Assembly (NCBI GenBank): GCA_030018135.1
Contig: JASEGJ010000011.1
Span: 1 to 36,020 of the forward strand
Reading direction: 5' to 3'
DNA length: 36,020 nucleotides
Origin: Candidatus Hodarchaeaceae archaeon
Lineage (GTDB): Archaea; Hadarchaeota; Hadarchaeia; Hadarchaeales; Hadarchaeaceae
Below, one piece after another: positions 1 through 9,307 of the stretch (position 1 is the stretch's first letter; every line of letters begins with the position of its first letter). A program made the translations under genes and the position numbers. The notes under the pieces are model-generated. The model ran no database searches and was not told the DNA's origin. It saw nothing but the letters and a program-made list of their open reading frames with translations.

Positions 1-330
1 ACTGATGAAAAGAAGGTCAAAAAAAGCTCCGTTTTAAAAACAGCTTAATACGTACTCTTCATACCATTTATATGGGGCGTAATGAACTGGAAACCTTACA
101 ATTTTTATGTTCCACTCTTTCATTTTCTCAAAATAACTTTTATCCCATTTTTTGCTAGTATAGCATTTCGCCGACGCCTCCGAGCTATTTAAAGTGTGGT
201 TTTGCCGTCTAAACGCAGATTTGAACGAGAATTTTAAGGGTTAGAGAAACGCAAACCCACCAAAGACCCAACGATCTTCAATTTCTCAGAAAAGTCCTCG
301 TAAAACCAAGAATTTCGCCGAATAGACGCA

Positions 331-849
331 TTACGAGGGCGTAGTCAGCTTAATACATACTCCATCGTCTTTGATCTCGTCCCTCAGGACCGCTTCCCGC
401 ACGAACCCAAGTTTTCCATGAAGGGCCTTGGATGGCTCATTGTCCTCGAACACGCACGACCTGACGATTTCAATTTCCGCCCTCTCAGCCATCCTCAGGG
501 CCTCGCGGGAGATGGCCTCGGCAATCCCCAACCGACGATACCTCCTCTTAACCCCGATCCCAAAGTTCGCCACATGCGACATTCTGTGTGTCCTCCTCCT
601 GAGTTCACAGACCGATACAATTTCTCCATTTTTCTCGGCTACGAGCATGATGATTTGTCCCCTTTTGATCCCGTCGATTTGCCTCCGGAGCCGTGCCCGC
701 TCCGTTCTCAACGCTACCTCTTTGTCGATGTTTATAGGGGCACCCTCCTTAACCAGCTCGTTGATGTATTCCAAGCAAGCTTTGGCATCCTTCATCTTTG
801 GCTCCCTAAAGATGAACGTACTTCCGTCCCTCGCCACAAACTTCAGCAT
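331..849 (-). CDS. GNAT family N-acetyltransferase
   Basis: Acetyl-CoA-binding motif 'GIGVKRRYRRLGIA', plus 'VFEDNEPSKALHGKLGF'. 172 aa. Confidence 0.88.
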   Translation of the reverse strand: MLKFVARDGSTFIFREPKMKDAKACLEYINELVKEGAPINIDKEVALRTERARLRRQIDGIKRGQIIMLVAEKNGEIVSVCELRRRTHRMSHVANFGIGVKRRYRRLGIAEAISREALRMAERAEIEIVRSCVFEDNEPSKALHGKLGFVREAVLRDEIKDDGVCIKLTTPS

Positions 850-857
850 TAGAACCC

Positions 858-1820
858 CTAAGGTCTGGAGGCCTTGACGAGCTGCCGATTCAGCCTCTTA
901 AGCTCGAGCCTCGCCTCCCTCTCCACCCTCCTCAGAACTTCCTTACTCTTCTTATCCTTCGCCGCCTTCAGCGAACTCCGAACGAACTTGAGCACGTCCT
1001 CAAGGTGGCGCTCGGGCTTGAAGTTCCGATCGCCCCAGTCGAAAATCGCACATATGTTACTCGGCAGAAAGCCAGTTTCATAATCGCCGTAAAGTCTGCT
1101 GACGCGCTCCTTTGTTTCATCAGGCAAGATCGCCTCGCCCTCCTTTCGAAAGAGCAAGTCCGTGCCGTTCTCGGCCAGTCCAAACAGCGCCTCGGCGACG
1201 AACAGGTGTATGCGGAAGTCGGGCCACCACTCCCTGAAGCGCTCCTCCCACCAAAGCAGGCGGGAGCAACCTTTAAATGATGCGGCGATGCTGAGGACGA
1301 GCAACTTCCGCACCTCATAATCTCTCCTGCGCAGCTCATCCCGTACCTCCGCGAGCGTTCTACTGAGCGATGCGCCGGTGGCGATGGTGTCGCCGGTCAG
1401 CAACACGCCGTTGTTCGGAAGCGGGTCAAAGTTGCGGTAGGTTACCTCCGCACCGAACTCGCCGCCCGATATCCTAAACCGCTTTGCGCCGACAAAGCAT
1501 CGAGGCAAGTAGCTTTTGAAAAGTTGTCCAAATGCCGCATCAAAACGGTAGCCAAGGCTACCGCGCAACACGACGATCTCGCAGATATCGCGCGTGCTCA
1601 ACCTCCCTAGCCCAGGGAGCATGCTCCAAGCCGCATTCAGGAAGACCTTGCTACACTCGAGCGAAAGCCCTTGGAGCTCATCGCCGCAGACGACCGGGTT
1701 ATAGAGGATTTTTCCTGCTTGGGGCATGCAGATTATATGGGTATTCTTCGGGAGCTCTGGGTGATCAACCCTGTAAACGTTCGCGTCTATCGGCACGTCG
1801 ATCCCTTTGAGACCCCCCAA
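858..1820 (-). CDS. Divergent type I phosphoribosyltransferase-fold protein (UPRTase-like)
   Basis: 'LLTGDTIATGASL' resembles the PRPP-binding loop and 'EIVVLRGSLG' resembles the UPRTase 'ILRAG' segment. TTG start, with a TTTATAAA element at about 1851-1858. Confidence 0.55.
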   Translation of the reverse strand: MGGLKGIDVPIDANVYRVDHPELPKNTHIICMPQAGKILYNPVVCGDELQGLSLECSKVFLNAAWSMLPGLGRLSTRDICEIVVLRGSLGYRFDAAFGQLFKSYLPRCFVGAKRFRISGGEFGAEVTYRNFDPLPNNGVLLTGDTIATGASLSRTLAEVRDELRRRDYEVRKLLVLSIAASFKGCSRLLWWEERFREWWPDFRIHLFVAEALFGLAENGTDLLFRKEGEAILPDETKERVSRLYGDYETGFLPSNICAIFDWGDRNFKPERHLEDVLKFVRSSLKAAKDKKSKEVLRRVEREARLELKRLNRQLVKASRP

Positions 1821-1946
1821 GCTAGCACCGTTGAGCCTTGATTTCCGCGATTTATAAATTTCGTGTTTCCTTTAGCCTTTAGTTCCGTTTCCTTAGGCGC
1901 GGCCATACTTGCCAATGACACAATGTCCGTAAAGCTGACGCCTTCC

Positions 1947-2174
1947 TCACGCGACTATCATCGACGTCTCGGTGCTTTTGACTCCCTCGATCGCTTGGAT
2001 CCTCCTCACGACGGTTTCGCCAAGGGCCTTTAGGTCAGCTGCTTCCACCTTTGTGACGACATCGAACCTTCCGGTAGTCGCGTATGCTTCCTTTACACCC
2101 TTCACCTTCTTGATGGCTGCTAGGATGTCAAGCGATTTACCGGCGTCGGCACGGACGAACACGAGCGCTTCCAA
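1947..2174 (-). CDS. Stand-alone Lrp/AsnC ligand-binding (RAM) domain protein
   Basis: 75 aa with 'VKEAYATTGRFDVVTKVEA' and 'IQAIEGVKSTETSMI'. No HTH. Confidence 0.88.
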   Translation of the reverse strand: MEALVFVRADAGKSLDILAAIKKVKGVKEAYATTGRFDVVTKVEAADLKALGETVVRRIQAIEGVKSTETSMIVA

Positions 2175-2336
2175 AAGATCCCCCCGTTGTTTTCGTTTTC
2201 AGCCGAAATAAAGATTACCCTTTCGGCGACACCTTTGGCGAGCGTTAGTTTGTATTGGATGATGCCGAAAACTCAGCAATTTGGCAGGACGATCACCATA
2301 GGATTGGCTTTCATTTAATTAGGATGAAGCCAATTT

Positions 2337-5264
2337 TTGATTGTGGTAGAATTGAAAAAGGCCGGGGACATCCTCGAACTCTTCTCAAGACCAATAAAGG
2401 AAGCGATCGAGCGAAGGGGCTTCATGGCATTAACTGAACCGCAGGAGAAGGCGATACCCCATATATTCAGGGGCGATAACGTCCTCCTCATCGCGCCCTC
2501 GGGTACCGGCAAGACGGAGGCCGCAATGTTGCCTGTCTTCGACATGCTAATCGCCTCGCAAAAGTCGCCGGGCATCAAGCTTCTCTACGTGACGCCGCTG
2601 AGGGCGCTCAACAGGGACATGCTGGAAAGGCTCGAGTGGTGGTGCAAGGCCCTCGACCTCCGCATAGCCACGAGGCACGGCGATACAGATGTTAGGGAGA
2701 GGGCAAAACAGGCGCTCGCGCCGCCGGATATCCTGATAACCACGCCCGAGACGCTCCAGGCGATCTTGGTCGGCAGGGTGCTCCAGCGCCACCTGCAAGC
2801 CCTGCGATGGGTGGTCGTAGATGAGGTGCACGAACTCGTGAACAACAAACGGGGAAGCCAGCTCGCCCTAGCGCTCGAGAGGCTCAGGCTGGTGGTGGGC
2901 CACGACTTTCAGACGATCGGCCTGTCGGCGACGGTCGGCTCGCCGGATGAGGTGGCTAGGTCGCTAGTCGGCGAGGGGCGCGAATGCATCATTCTAAAGG
3001 TTCCGGTTGCGAGGATGATGCTCCTCAAGATTTTATACCCGAAACCGACGAAGGAGGACTCGGCGCTGGCGGCGAGGCTTTATACATATCCCGAGGTCGC
3101 GGCGCGTCTCCGAGCCATGCGCGAGCTGATGGAGAAGTACCGCTCGACCTTGCTCTTCACAAATACCCGCTCGATAGCCGAAATCCTGGCAAGCCGCTTC
3201 AAGACTTGGGACATAAACGCACCCATAAGCATTCATCACGGCAGCCTGTCGAAGCCCTCGAGGCTTCAAACTGAGGGCGGGTTAAAGCAGGGTTCCCTAA
3301 AGGGCGTCGTCTGCACATCGTCGCTCGAACTCGGGATAGACATCGGCTCAATAGAACTCGTCATTCAGTACAACTCGCCGCGCCAAGTTACGAGGCTTGT
3401 GCAAAGGGTCGGGCGAAGCGGCCATTGGCTTGAGTGGGTCGCAGAGGGCGCGATAGTGTGCATGGACTCGGACGACCTCTTTGAATCGGCGGTCATAGCC
3501 AGACGGGGGCTCCAAGAAGACCTAGAATCGGTCAACATCCCGAGAAAGCCCCTCGATGTGCTGGCGCATCAAATTGCTGGCCTGCTCATGCAGCGGGAAA
3601 CTTGGTCGCTCTCCGAGATCTTAAAGCTGTTCACCAAAGCTTACCCCTACCGTGACCTTGACAGGCGCGAGCTGCAGGAAGTGTTAAACTATATGTATAC
3701 TAGAAGCCCCCGACTGGCGAATCTTTCCGCGGACGGAAAACTGGTTTCAAAGCCGTTCAATCGAAAGCCTCTTTATGACTATTACTTCTCCAAACTTTCC
3801 ACGATTCCGGAGGAGGTACAATACCTCGCGGTTGATGACGTGACAAATTCGCCCGTGGGCTTGCTCGACGAGGCTTTCCTCGCTGAGCATGGGGAGCCGG
3901 GGACGAGGTTGATCCTCAGGGGCTCGGCTTGGGAGGTACTCCACATCTATGAGAACACCGTCTACCTGAAGCCCGAGCACGACCCGACCGGTGCGATACC
4001 GAGCTGGGTGGGCGAGGAGATACCTGTACCGCTGGAGGTCGCGATGGAGGTCGGGGAAATCAGAAGGCTTGTTGAGCAGGAGATCGCGGACGGCAAGTCC
4101 GTATCGAACATCGTCGAGGGATTAAGCACGAGATACCCGATCGACGGAGAGGTGGCCGAGCGCGGCCTGTTGGAGATGCTCGAGCAATTGAAGCGAGGCC
4201 TACCGCTGCCCACGGATCAAAGGGCGACCGTCGAAGAGTGGGGAGAGATGATCATTGTGAACTGCACCTTCGGCTTGCTCGTCAATCGCACGCTCGCCCG
4301 ACTTTTGGGACATGTGCTCAGCGAGAAGATCGGCGCCTCCGTTGGGGTGCATCAGGACCCATATCGAATCGTGCTCAAAAGCCCCGACCTAACCGCGCGG
4401 GATGTAATCTCAACCATAAAGCAGCTTGCATCTTCGCCGATAAGACCGCTCCTCCGCCAGGCTGTGGCAAAGACCGGGTTGTTCAAGCGCAGATTCATCC
4501 ATGTCGCTAGGCGCTTTGGGGCGATGGAGAAGGGAGCCGAGCTGAGCTCCATGAAGATGTCACGGCTTTTAAAGGCATTTGAGGGGACGGTGGTTCATGA
4601 AGAAGCGATCACCGAAACGCTGGCCAACGATTTCGACGTCGAGGGTACCATGAAGGTGATGGACATGATAAATCGCGGCGACATAGATGTGGTACACATC
4701 GAGAACAAGGGCGAGCTCACGCCGATTTCTAGGGTCGGGATAACAGAGCTCACCTGGAAGAGCGACATCGTGCCGCCCGAGCGGATGCGGAAGGTGCTCA
4801 TCGAGTCCACGCGGGCTAGGGTAATGGGCGAGGGCAAGGTGCTCGCCTGCGCCGACTGCTGGAAATATTGTGAGCTCAAGGCTGTAAAGGACATCCCGCC
4901 GGAGCCCCGCTGCCCCGCATGTGGCTCGCGCTCCATGGGCGCGGTGGACGAGGAATACGAGCGGGTGCGAGAGGCGTTGGAGAAGTTCGCCCACGGCGAA
5001 AAGCCCACGCCACAGGAGGCTAGGATAAAGGGCGAGATCTCGAAAACTTCCAAGCTGGTCGGTAAATATGGCGCATCGGCGGTCGCAGCACTTTCGGCGC
5101 GCGGTTTGACCTTAAGTGAGGTCGAATCCGTTCTGGAGCGGGAAAGCGAGTTGAACTCACGCTTCTTCGAGCTGCTCCTCGAAGCTGAGAGGCAAGCATT
5201 GAGAAAGAGGTTCTTGTTCAGGCCCAGATATCGACTCGGCCGTCGGACCCGGGCGATGAAATGA
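2337..5264 (+). CDS. lhr: Lhr-family SF2 helicase with C-terminal Cys4 extension
   Basis: Motif I APSGTGKT, Ia 'YVTPLRALNRD', 'RHGDT', 'TTPETLQ', DEVH, 'GLSAT', 'TSSLELGIDIG', 'QRVGRSGH', and Lhr-type 'IPSWVGE'. C-terminal CADC...CPAC. The start may lie a few codons downstream. Confidence 0.92.
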   Translation: MIVVELKKAGDILELFSRPIKEAIERRGFMALTEPQEKAIPHIFRGDNVLLIAPSGTGKTEAAMLPVFDMLIASQKSPGIKLLYVTPLRALNRDMLERLEWWCKALDLRIATRHGDTDVRERAKQALAPPDILITTPETLQAILVGRVLQRHLQALRWVVVDEVHELVNNKRGSQLALALERLRLVVGHDFQTIGLSATVGSPDEVARSLVGEGRECIILKVPVARMMLLKILYPKPTKEDSALAARLYTYPEVAARLRAMRELMEKYRSTLLFTNTRSIAEILASRFKTWDINAPISIHHGSLSKPSRLQTEGGLKQGSLKGVVCTSSLELGIDIGSIELVIQYNSPRQVTRLVQRVGRSGHWLEWVAEGAIVCMDSDDLFESAVIARRGLQEDLESVNIPRKPLDVLAHQIAGLLMQRETWSLSEILKLFTKAYPYRDLDRRELQEVLNYMYTRSPRLANLSADGKLVSKPFNRKPLYDYYFSKLSTIPEEVQYLAVDDVTNSPVGLLDEAFLAEHGEPGTRLILRGSAWEVLHIYENTVYLKPEHDPTGAIPSWVGEEIPVPLEVAMEVGEIRRLVEQEIADGKSVSNIVEGLSTRYPIDGEVAERGLLEMLEQLKRGLPLPTDQRATVEEWGEMIIVNCTFGLLVNRTLARLLGHVLSEKIGASVGVHQDPYRIVLKSPDLTARDVISTIKQLASSPIRPLLRQAVAKTGLFKRRFIHVARRFGAMEKGAELSSMKMSRLLKAFEGTVVHEEAITETLANDFDVEGTMKVMDMINRGDIDVVHIENKGELTPISRVGITELTWKSDIVPPERMRKVLIESTRARVMGEGKVLACADCWKYCELKAVKDIPPEPRCPACGSRSMGAVDEEYERVREALEKFAHGEKPTPQEARIKGEISKTSKLVGKYGASAVAALSARGLTLSEVESVLERESELNSRFFELLLEAERQALRKRFLFRPRYRLGRRTRAMK

Positions 5265-5273
5265 AGGACTAAA

Positions 5274-5843
5274 TTACTTTAACCCCACTTCCTTCCCCAT
5301 TACCTGCTGAAGCAAGGTCCTGCTATCTATCTCCGCCCTAGCCTTCCAACCAGCGTAGAGCATGTCCTGTTCATCCTGCGACAGATAACCCCGCTTGATG
5401 AAGCGGTCGAGCGTCATCCCCACCACCCACTCGGGGAACTTTTCCTTGAGGAGCTGCTCCACCTCGCCTCTCGACGCCTTGCCATGTTTGGAGTAAAGAT
5501 AGGCCAAGGCAACGGAAAGCATGGCGAGTTCATCAACCCGCCACCCCGAGAGGTGAGCTTCGGTGGGCGATATCGGTCCCTTCGCCACGACATAAAACCT
5601 GGCCCTCTCGAGCTGCTCCTCTGTTGGCTTCGCTGGTTCTTCCGCCTGCTCGTAGACCACTCTTATTTCTAACCCGAGTTCGTCTAGTTGTCTTCGCGCG
5701 AGTTCGAGGATTTTTACGTAGTCCTTCCCCAAGCTCTTCCTCAGCTCCCATCCACGGATGCCTGGGGAGCGATGCCTCTGGAAGAGTAGCAGACGAACCG
5801 CCCGCCTCACCTTTTGAATGAATTCTGCCTCTTCCTCAGCCAT
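5274..5843 (-). CDS. Tandem winged-helix kite-like protein (Nse1/Nse3/MAGE- or ScpB-like), putative SMC subunit
   Basis: 189 aa, third gene of the SMC operon (8-nt overlap with the upstream gene). 'VRRAVRLLLFQ..GIRGWEL..ILELARRQLDELGLEI' and 'LDRFIKRGYL..YAGWKARAE' resemble the two WH domains of MAGE/Nse3 and Nse1 by eye. Confidence 0.6.
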   Translation of the reverse strand: MAEEEAEFIQKVRRAVRLLLFQRHRSPGIRGWELRKSLGKDYVKILELARRQLDELGLEIRVVYEQAEEPAKPTEEQLERARFYVVAKGPISPTEAHLSGWRVDELAMLSVALAYLYSKHGKASRGEVEQLLKEKFPEWVVGMTLDRFIKRGYLSQDEQDMLYAGWKARAEIDSRTLLQQVMGKEVGLK

Positions 5844-6633
5844 GCTTACCGGACCTCCTCGCCTTCTCCCACTGCTCGTGGGTAAGGGGAACCGGCATTG
5901 AACTCATGGGGGCTGCTTTCCCCTGCCCGTCCAGGGGCCTGATGTAAATCTCTCCCTTGAGAGGGTCTTGCTCCAATGTCGCGAGCGCTTGGGAGATCAT
6001 GAAAGCAACATAGTATGCCCTCTCGACGGACTTCTCGTAGGTGTCCTCAAGGACGAACTGCCAATAGTCGACCCTTCCAGACTTTGCCTCTTTCCTCAGC
6101 TGGCTGTAAAGTGCCTCAACCCTCTCCTTCAGCTCCGCCTGGGAGACGAACCTGAACTTAAGCAGCTCGAGTAAGGACATAGAACTCGGCGAGGTCTCGG
6201 CGACCTCCTCCATCCTCATTCGCTCGCGGAGCGGTGGGAGGGTGTTCCAATAGTCTGCCGCCTCCTCAAGCCTCTTCGGCGTGATCTGCTCGAGCACCAT
6301 GAGGGGCCTCCACGCCGCGAGTAGGCAACGTGAGAGCTCCTCCGGCTCGAGGAGCTTGAGCTTCATCTCCACGAGAGTTGGGTCGACGTAAAGCATCGAC
6401 GCCTGCCGCTTGATCCAATCACCCTGAAGCTTAATCACGGTCGAGAGCTCGTTAAACGCCTCCGCATCCGTAAGTAACTCGTCCACCGTCTTCCATCGCG
6501 GCAAATACTTCCTCAGCACCTCTAGCTTTCTCCTCACGTCCACGTCGAAAGGATCCAATCCCTTGAGCCTGACGCTTTGGCAGAGACTTATCACCCTTAG
6601 AAGTTCCCCGAGTGCGACCTTCCTGTTCATCAT
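5836..6633 (-). CDS. Kleisin-like (ScpA/Nse4-like) protein
   Basis: N-terminal 'LDPFDVDV' resembles archaeal ScpA 'IDPWDIDI'. C-terminal 'YYVAFMISQALATLEQDPLKGEIYI' resembles the kleisin winged-helix. TGATG stop/start overlap with the SMC gene. Confidence 0.65.
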   Translation of the reverse strand: MMNRKVALGELLRVISLCQSVRLKGLDPFDVDVRRKLEVLRKYLPRWKTVDELLTDAEAFNELSTVIKLQGDWIKRQASMLYVDPTLVEMKLKLLEPEELSRCLLAAWRPLMVLEQITPKRLEEAADYWNTLPPLRERMRMEEVAETSPSSMSLLELLKFRFVSQAELKERVEALYSQLRKEAKSGRVDYWQFVLEDTYEKSVERAYYVAFMISQALATLEQDPLKGEIYIRPLDGQGKAAPMSSMPVPLTHEQWEKARRSGKHG

Positions 6634-8513
6634 CAGCTCACGACCGAAACCTCTGATTTGCCTTGAACCTTTTGCACAACGATCATGTTCGCGGCCTCGC
6701 TGCTGAACACGACCTGGCTGGGGGTGATGAAGATGTACTGCGCGTCGGCATCTCCAGCCGAATCGAAGATGAGCCTCGCCATCAGCTCGCGATTGAGCGG
6801 GTCCATGTGTATATCGAACTCGTCCACCGCGCGCAGGGGCGATTTCAGATGTTGCTGGAGCGAGAGCAAAAACGCCATTATCGCTACTGTCCGCTCGCCA
6901 CCGCTTTGGGTGTAAGCGTCGAGCACCAATGACTCGCCACCCCTGTGGCCGACGAGGACCTCGAGCCCTGCCTCCTCGACGTTCTCAATATTCACAAGCC
7001 TTACCGAGCCGGACGCCCCGGCCCTAGCTAAGTTGGATTGATAAAGCGGATTGACCTCCTCGATGAGCTTCTCGAGCGTCCTCCTCCAGATTGACTTCCT
7101 CAGCTCCACATCTTCAAGCGCCTTCTGCCTGTTCTCCGTCACTTCCCTTATCCTGTCGCTTAGCTGGCTATAGATCTCGAGATGGTGGTTGTAGACCTCC
7201 TCCGCCTCCTCGGATACCTCCGCCAGGGATAGAAGCTGAGCGTTGACGTACTTGAGCTCCTCGAGCACCTCGGCAGGCGTCCTCTCGGTGGGAATTCTCT
7301 CTCCGGCCTTTGCGTGGAGCGGCTCAAGTTGTTTGAGGCCTTCCTCTTCCTCCGAGATCTTTCTGTTCAAATGGCGAATCTCCCTCTCGACGATCTCCCT
7401 CCTATACATAGAAATTGCCTCGTCCACCCTGACTTCAACTATTTTATCGAAGAGCCCTGAGATCTCCTTTTCGGACTTCGCTATGTCGCCCTCGATTTTA
7501 GCTACGCTCTGCTCAAGCCCCTTCTTCCCGCCAAGGGATTTGGGCCGCTTACCAGCTACGCCGGAGCCGCCGACCGTCTTGAGGGCCTCCAGCTGTGCTC
7601 TCTGTTTTTCAAGCGCGATGAGGTCGTAGAAGAGCCTCCGGTACTTAAATCTCTCCTGCTCGAGCTGCTGGGAAAGGGAGTCGTAGCTGGACTGCCTCTC
7701 GGCGATCCTGCGCGTCAGCTCCTCGAGCGTCGCTTCCTTTTGTTTGATCTTCTTCTTAAGTTCCTCGATGTCCCTCTCATGTTTTGTTATCCTTGCCCAG
7801 ATCTCCTCCCTCTCGAGAATTGCCTTTTTAGACCTCAGCTCGCGCTTGAGCTTGAGCCTCTCGTACTGCTCCTTCCAGTAGCCCAAGGTTTGTTCCGCTG
7901 ACCTTAACAGGTTCGTGACCGCCTCTTCCTCGCTGAGGAGCCTGTTCAACTTTTCCTGAGCCTCCAGCACCTTGCGCCTGTAATCCTGAAATCCAACGGC
8001 CTCCTCGACGAGCTGTAGCCTTTCCTCGGGCGAGATAACGCCAAATTGCTCGATCATGTTCTGATGCATTATGACAAGCAGGTTGTCCGGATTTAAGCCG
8101 ATCTCCCTGAAGATGCGCTCAACCCTACCTTTCGGGACCTGCCTATAGTCCATCTCATACCAATAGGTGCCGTCTTCCTTCAAGTATCTTGAAACTGCGA
8201 CTGAGTCGGAGCGACTGAAGGGGAAGGGCCTAACGCCGTTTATGGGCTTGTTGTCGAACAAAAGCGTTATTCTCCCGGCCTTTTTACCATGTCTTATTAA
8301 ATCACGCAGCTTTCTGGCGCGCTCAGTGTAGCTCTGACCTATCGCGACCGAGATCCCAACGAGGATCGCGGATTTTCCAGCCCCGTTCGGTCCGCAGATT
8401 AGATTCAAGCCAGGCTTGAAGGGGATCCTAGCGTATTCATATGACATGAAGTTCTCCAGGATTACCTCCTGAACGTGCGTCCTCGAAATCTGAGTTCCTT
8501 TAACAGTCGGCAT
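6633..8513 (-). CDS. Short SMC-superfamily ATPase with Smc5/6 (coalescin/ClsN)-like head
   Basis: 'ENFMSY', Walker A GPNGAGKS, Q-loop 'MHQN', signature 'QSGGER', Walker B/D-loop 'SPLRAVDEFDIHMD', H-switch region 'FITP'. About 300 aa of coiled coil; only 626 aa in total. Confidence 0.9.
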   Translation of the reverse strand: MPTVKGTQISRTHVQEVILENFMSYEYARIPFKPGLNLICGPNGAGKSAILVGISVAIGQSYTERARKLRDLIRHGKKAGRITLLFDNKPINGVRPFPFSRSDSVAVSRYLKEDGTYWYEMDYRQVPKGRVERIFREIGLNPDNLLVIMHQNMIEQFGVISPEERLQLVEEAVGFQDYRRKVLEAQEKLNRLLSEEEAVTNLLRSAEQTLGYWKEQYERLKLKRELRSKKAILEREEIWARITKHERDIEELKKKIKQKEATLEELTRRIAERQSSYDSLSQQLEQERFKYRRLFYDLIALEKQRAQLEALKTVGGSGVAGKRPKSLGGKKGLEQSVAKIEGDIAKSEKEISGLFDKIVEVRVDEAISMYRREIVEREIRHLNRKISEEEEGLKQLEPLHAKAGERIPTERTPAEVLEELKYVNAQLLSLAEVSEEAEEVYNHHLEIYSQLSDRIREVTENRQKALEDVELRKSIWRRTLEKLIEEVNPLYQSNLARAGASGSVRLVNIENVEEAGLEVLVGHRGGESLVLDAYTQSGGERTVAIMAFLLSLQQHLKSPLRAVDEFDIHMDPLNRELMARLIFDSAGDADAQYIFITPSQVVFSSEAANMIVVQKVQGKSEVSVVS

Positions 8514-8605
8514 GAGTATCGACCAAATTCTTCTCCAACTTATTTTAGGTCTCCAAGCCTTAAGAAAGGTGTGAGTACCCGTACTTAACGTCGATAATTG
8601 GGGCG

Positions 8606-9304
8606 ATGGGTGGAAGGATGGTCACGGCTGGGAAGATCTTTCGGCTGAGGGAGGAGATGGGCCTGAAGGCGATAGCCGCCAGATTAAAGGACCTTAGAGA
8701 GGAAGAAGCCCACCCCGTGGAAGGCGGCGAGGTAGGGCTCTTGACGGAGGTGTCCGATCTGAGCCTTTCTGCGGAGGACCTAAAAGGCATCTTCTCCCAG
8801 GATAAGGTCATCGAAATCTACCAGAGGGGCAAGTTCGTCCAGCAGGTGAAAACGAGGGAAACGCCATTTTTATTCTCATCCTACCGCGGTCACGTGCTGT
8901 TGACCATTTTGGAGCGAAAATTTCAGGCCAACAATATAGCCAACCAGCTCAGCAAGGCACTGTTCATCACCTCTGGTCAAATAGCGGAAGCCAAGATCTC
9001 GCCGGAAACCCTTAAAGCATTCCACGAAGGCAACCCGGAGGACACGAAGGTGATATTTTTCGACGAGGTAGACATGCCGAACATAAACAAGCTCTCGCTC
9101 TACGGCTCTGGTTTGATCGACACCTCGCTGTACAATGAGTACTGCAGTCGCGGGAAAATTTGGTACATGGTGTTCAAGTCCAAGAAGTATGGGTACATAG
9201 TCGGGGTAACGCGAAATGCTATAGTCACCATCTTCAACAACGTATCGAGAGATGAGTTTACGAGCTACGTGAAGAGCGAGGTCTTCCCGTTGCTGTCCCT
9301 GTAG
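8606..9304 (+). CDS. Hypothetical protein, divergently transcribed from the SMC operon
   Basis: 232-aa ORF with protein-like composition that fills the gap up to the tRNA. Alternative ATG at 8618 follows GGTGG. No motif recognised. Confidence 0.75.
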   Translation: MGGRMVTAGKIFRLREEMGLKAIAARLKDLREEEAHPVEGGEVGLLTEVSDLSLSAEDLKGIFSQDKVIEIYQRGKFVQQVKTRETPFLFSSYRGHVLLTILERKFQANNIANQLSKALFITSGQIAEAKISPETLKAFHEGNPEDTKVIFFDEVDMPNINKLSLYGSGLIDTSLYNEYCSRGKIWYMVFKSKKYGYIVGVTRNAIVTIFNNVSRDEFTSYVKSEVFPLLSL

Positions 9305-9307
9305 AAA

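Noticed and set aside
80-120. ORB-like fragments (AACTGGAAAC, GTTCCACT) in the AT-rich left edge as a replication origin
   Set aside because: Only partial matches, no G-string, and no cdc6/orc1 in the window.
5274-8513. SMC operon as Wadjet (JetABCD) or Rad50-Mre11
   Set aside because: No JetD/Toprim nuclease, no Mre11 and no zinc hook. Subunit sizes and head motifs do not fit.
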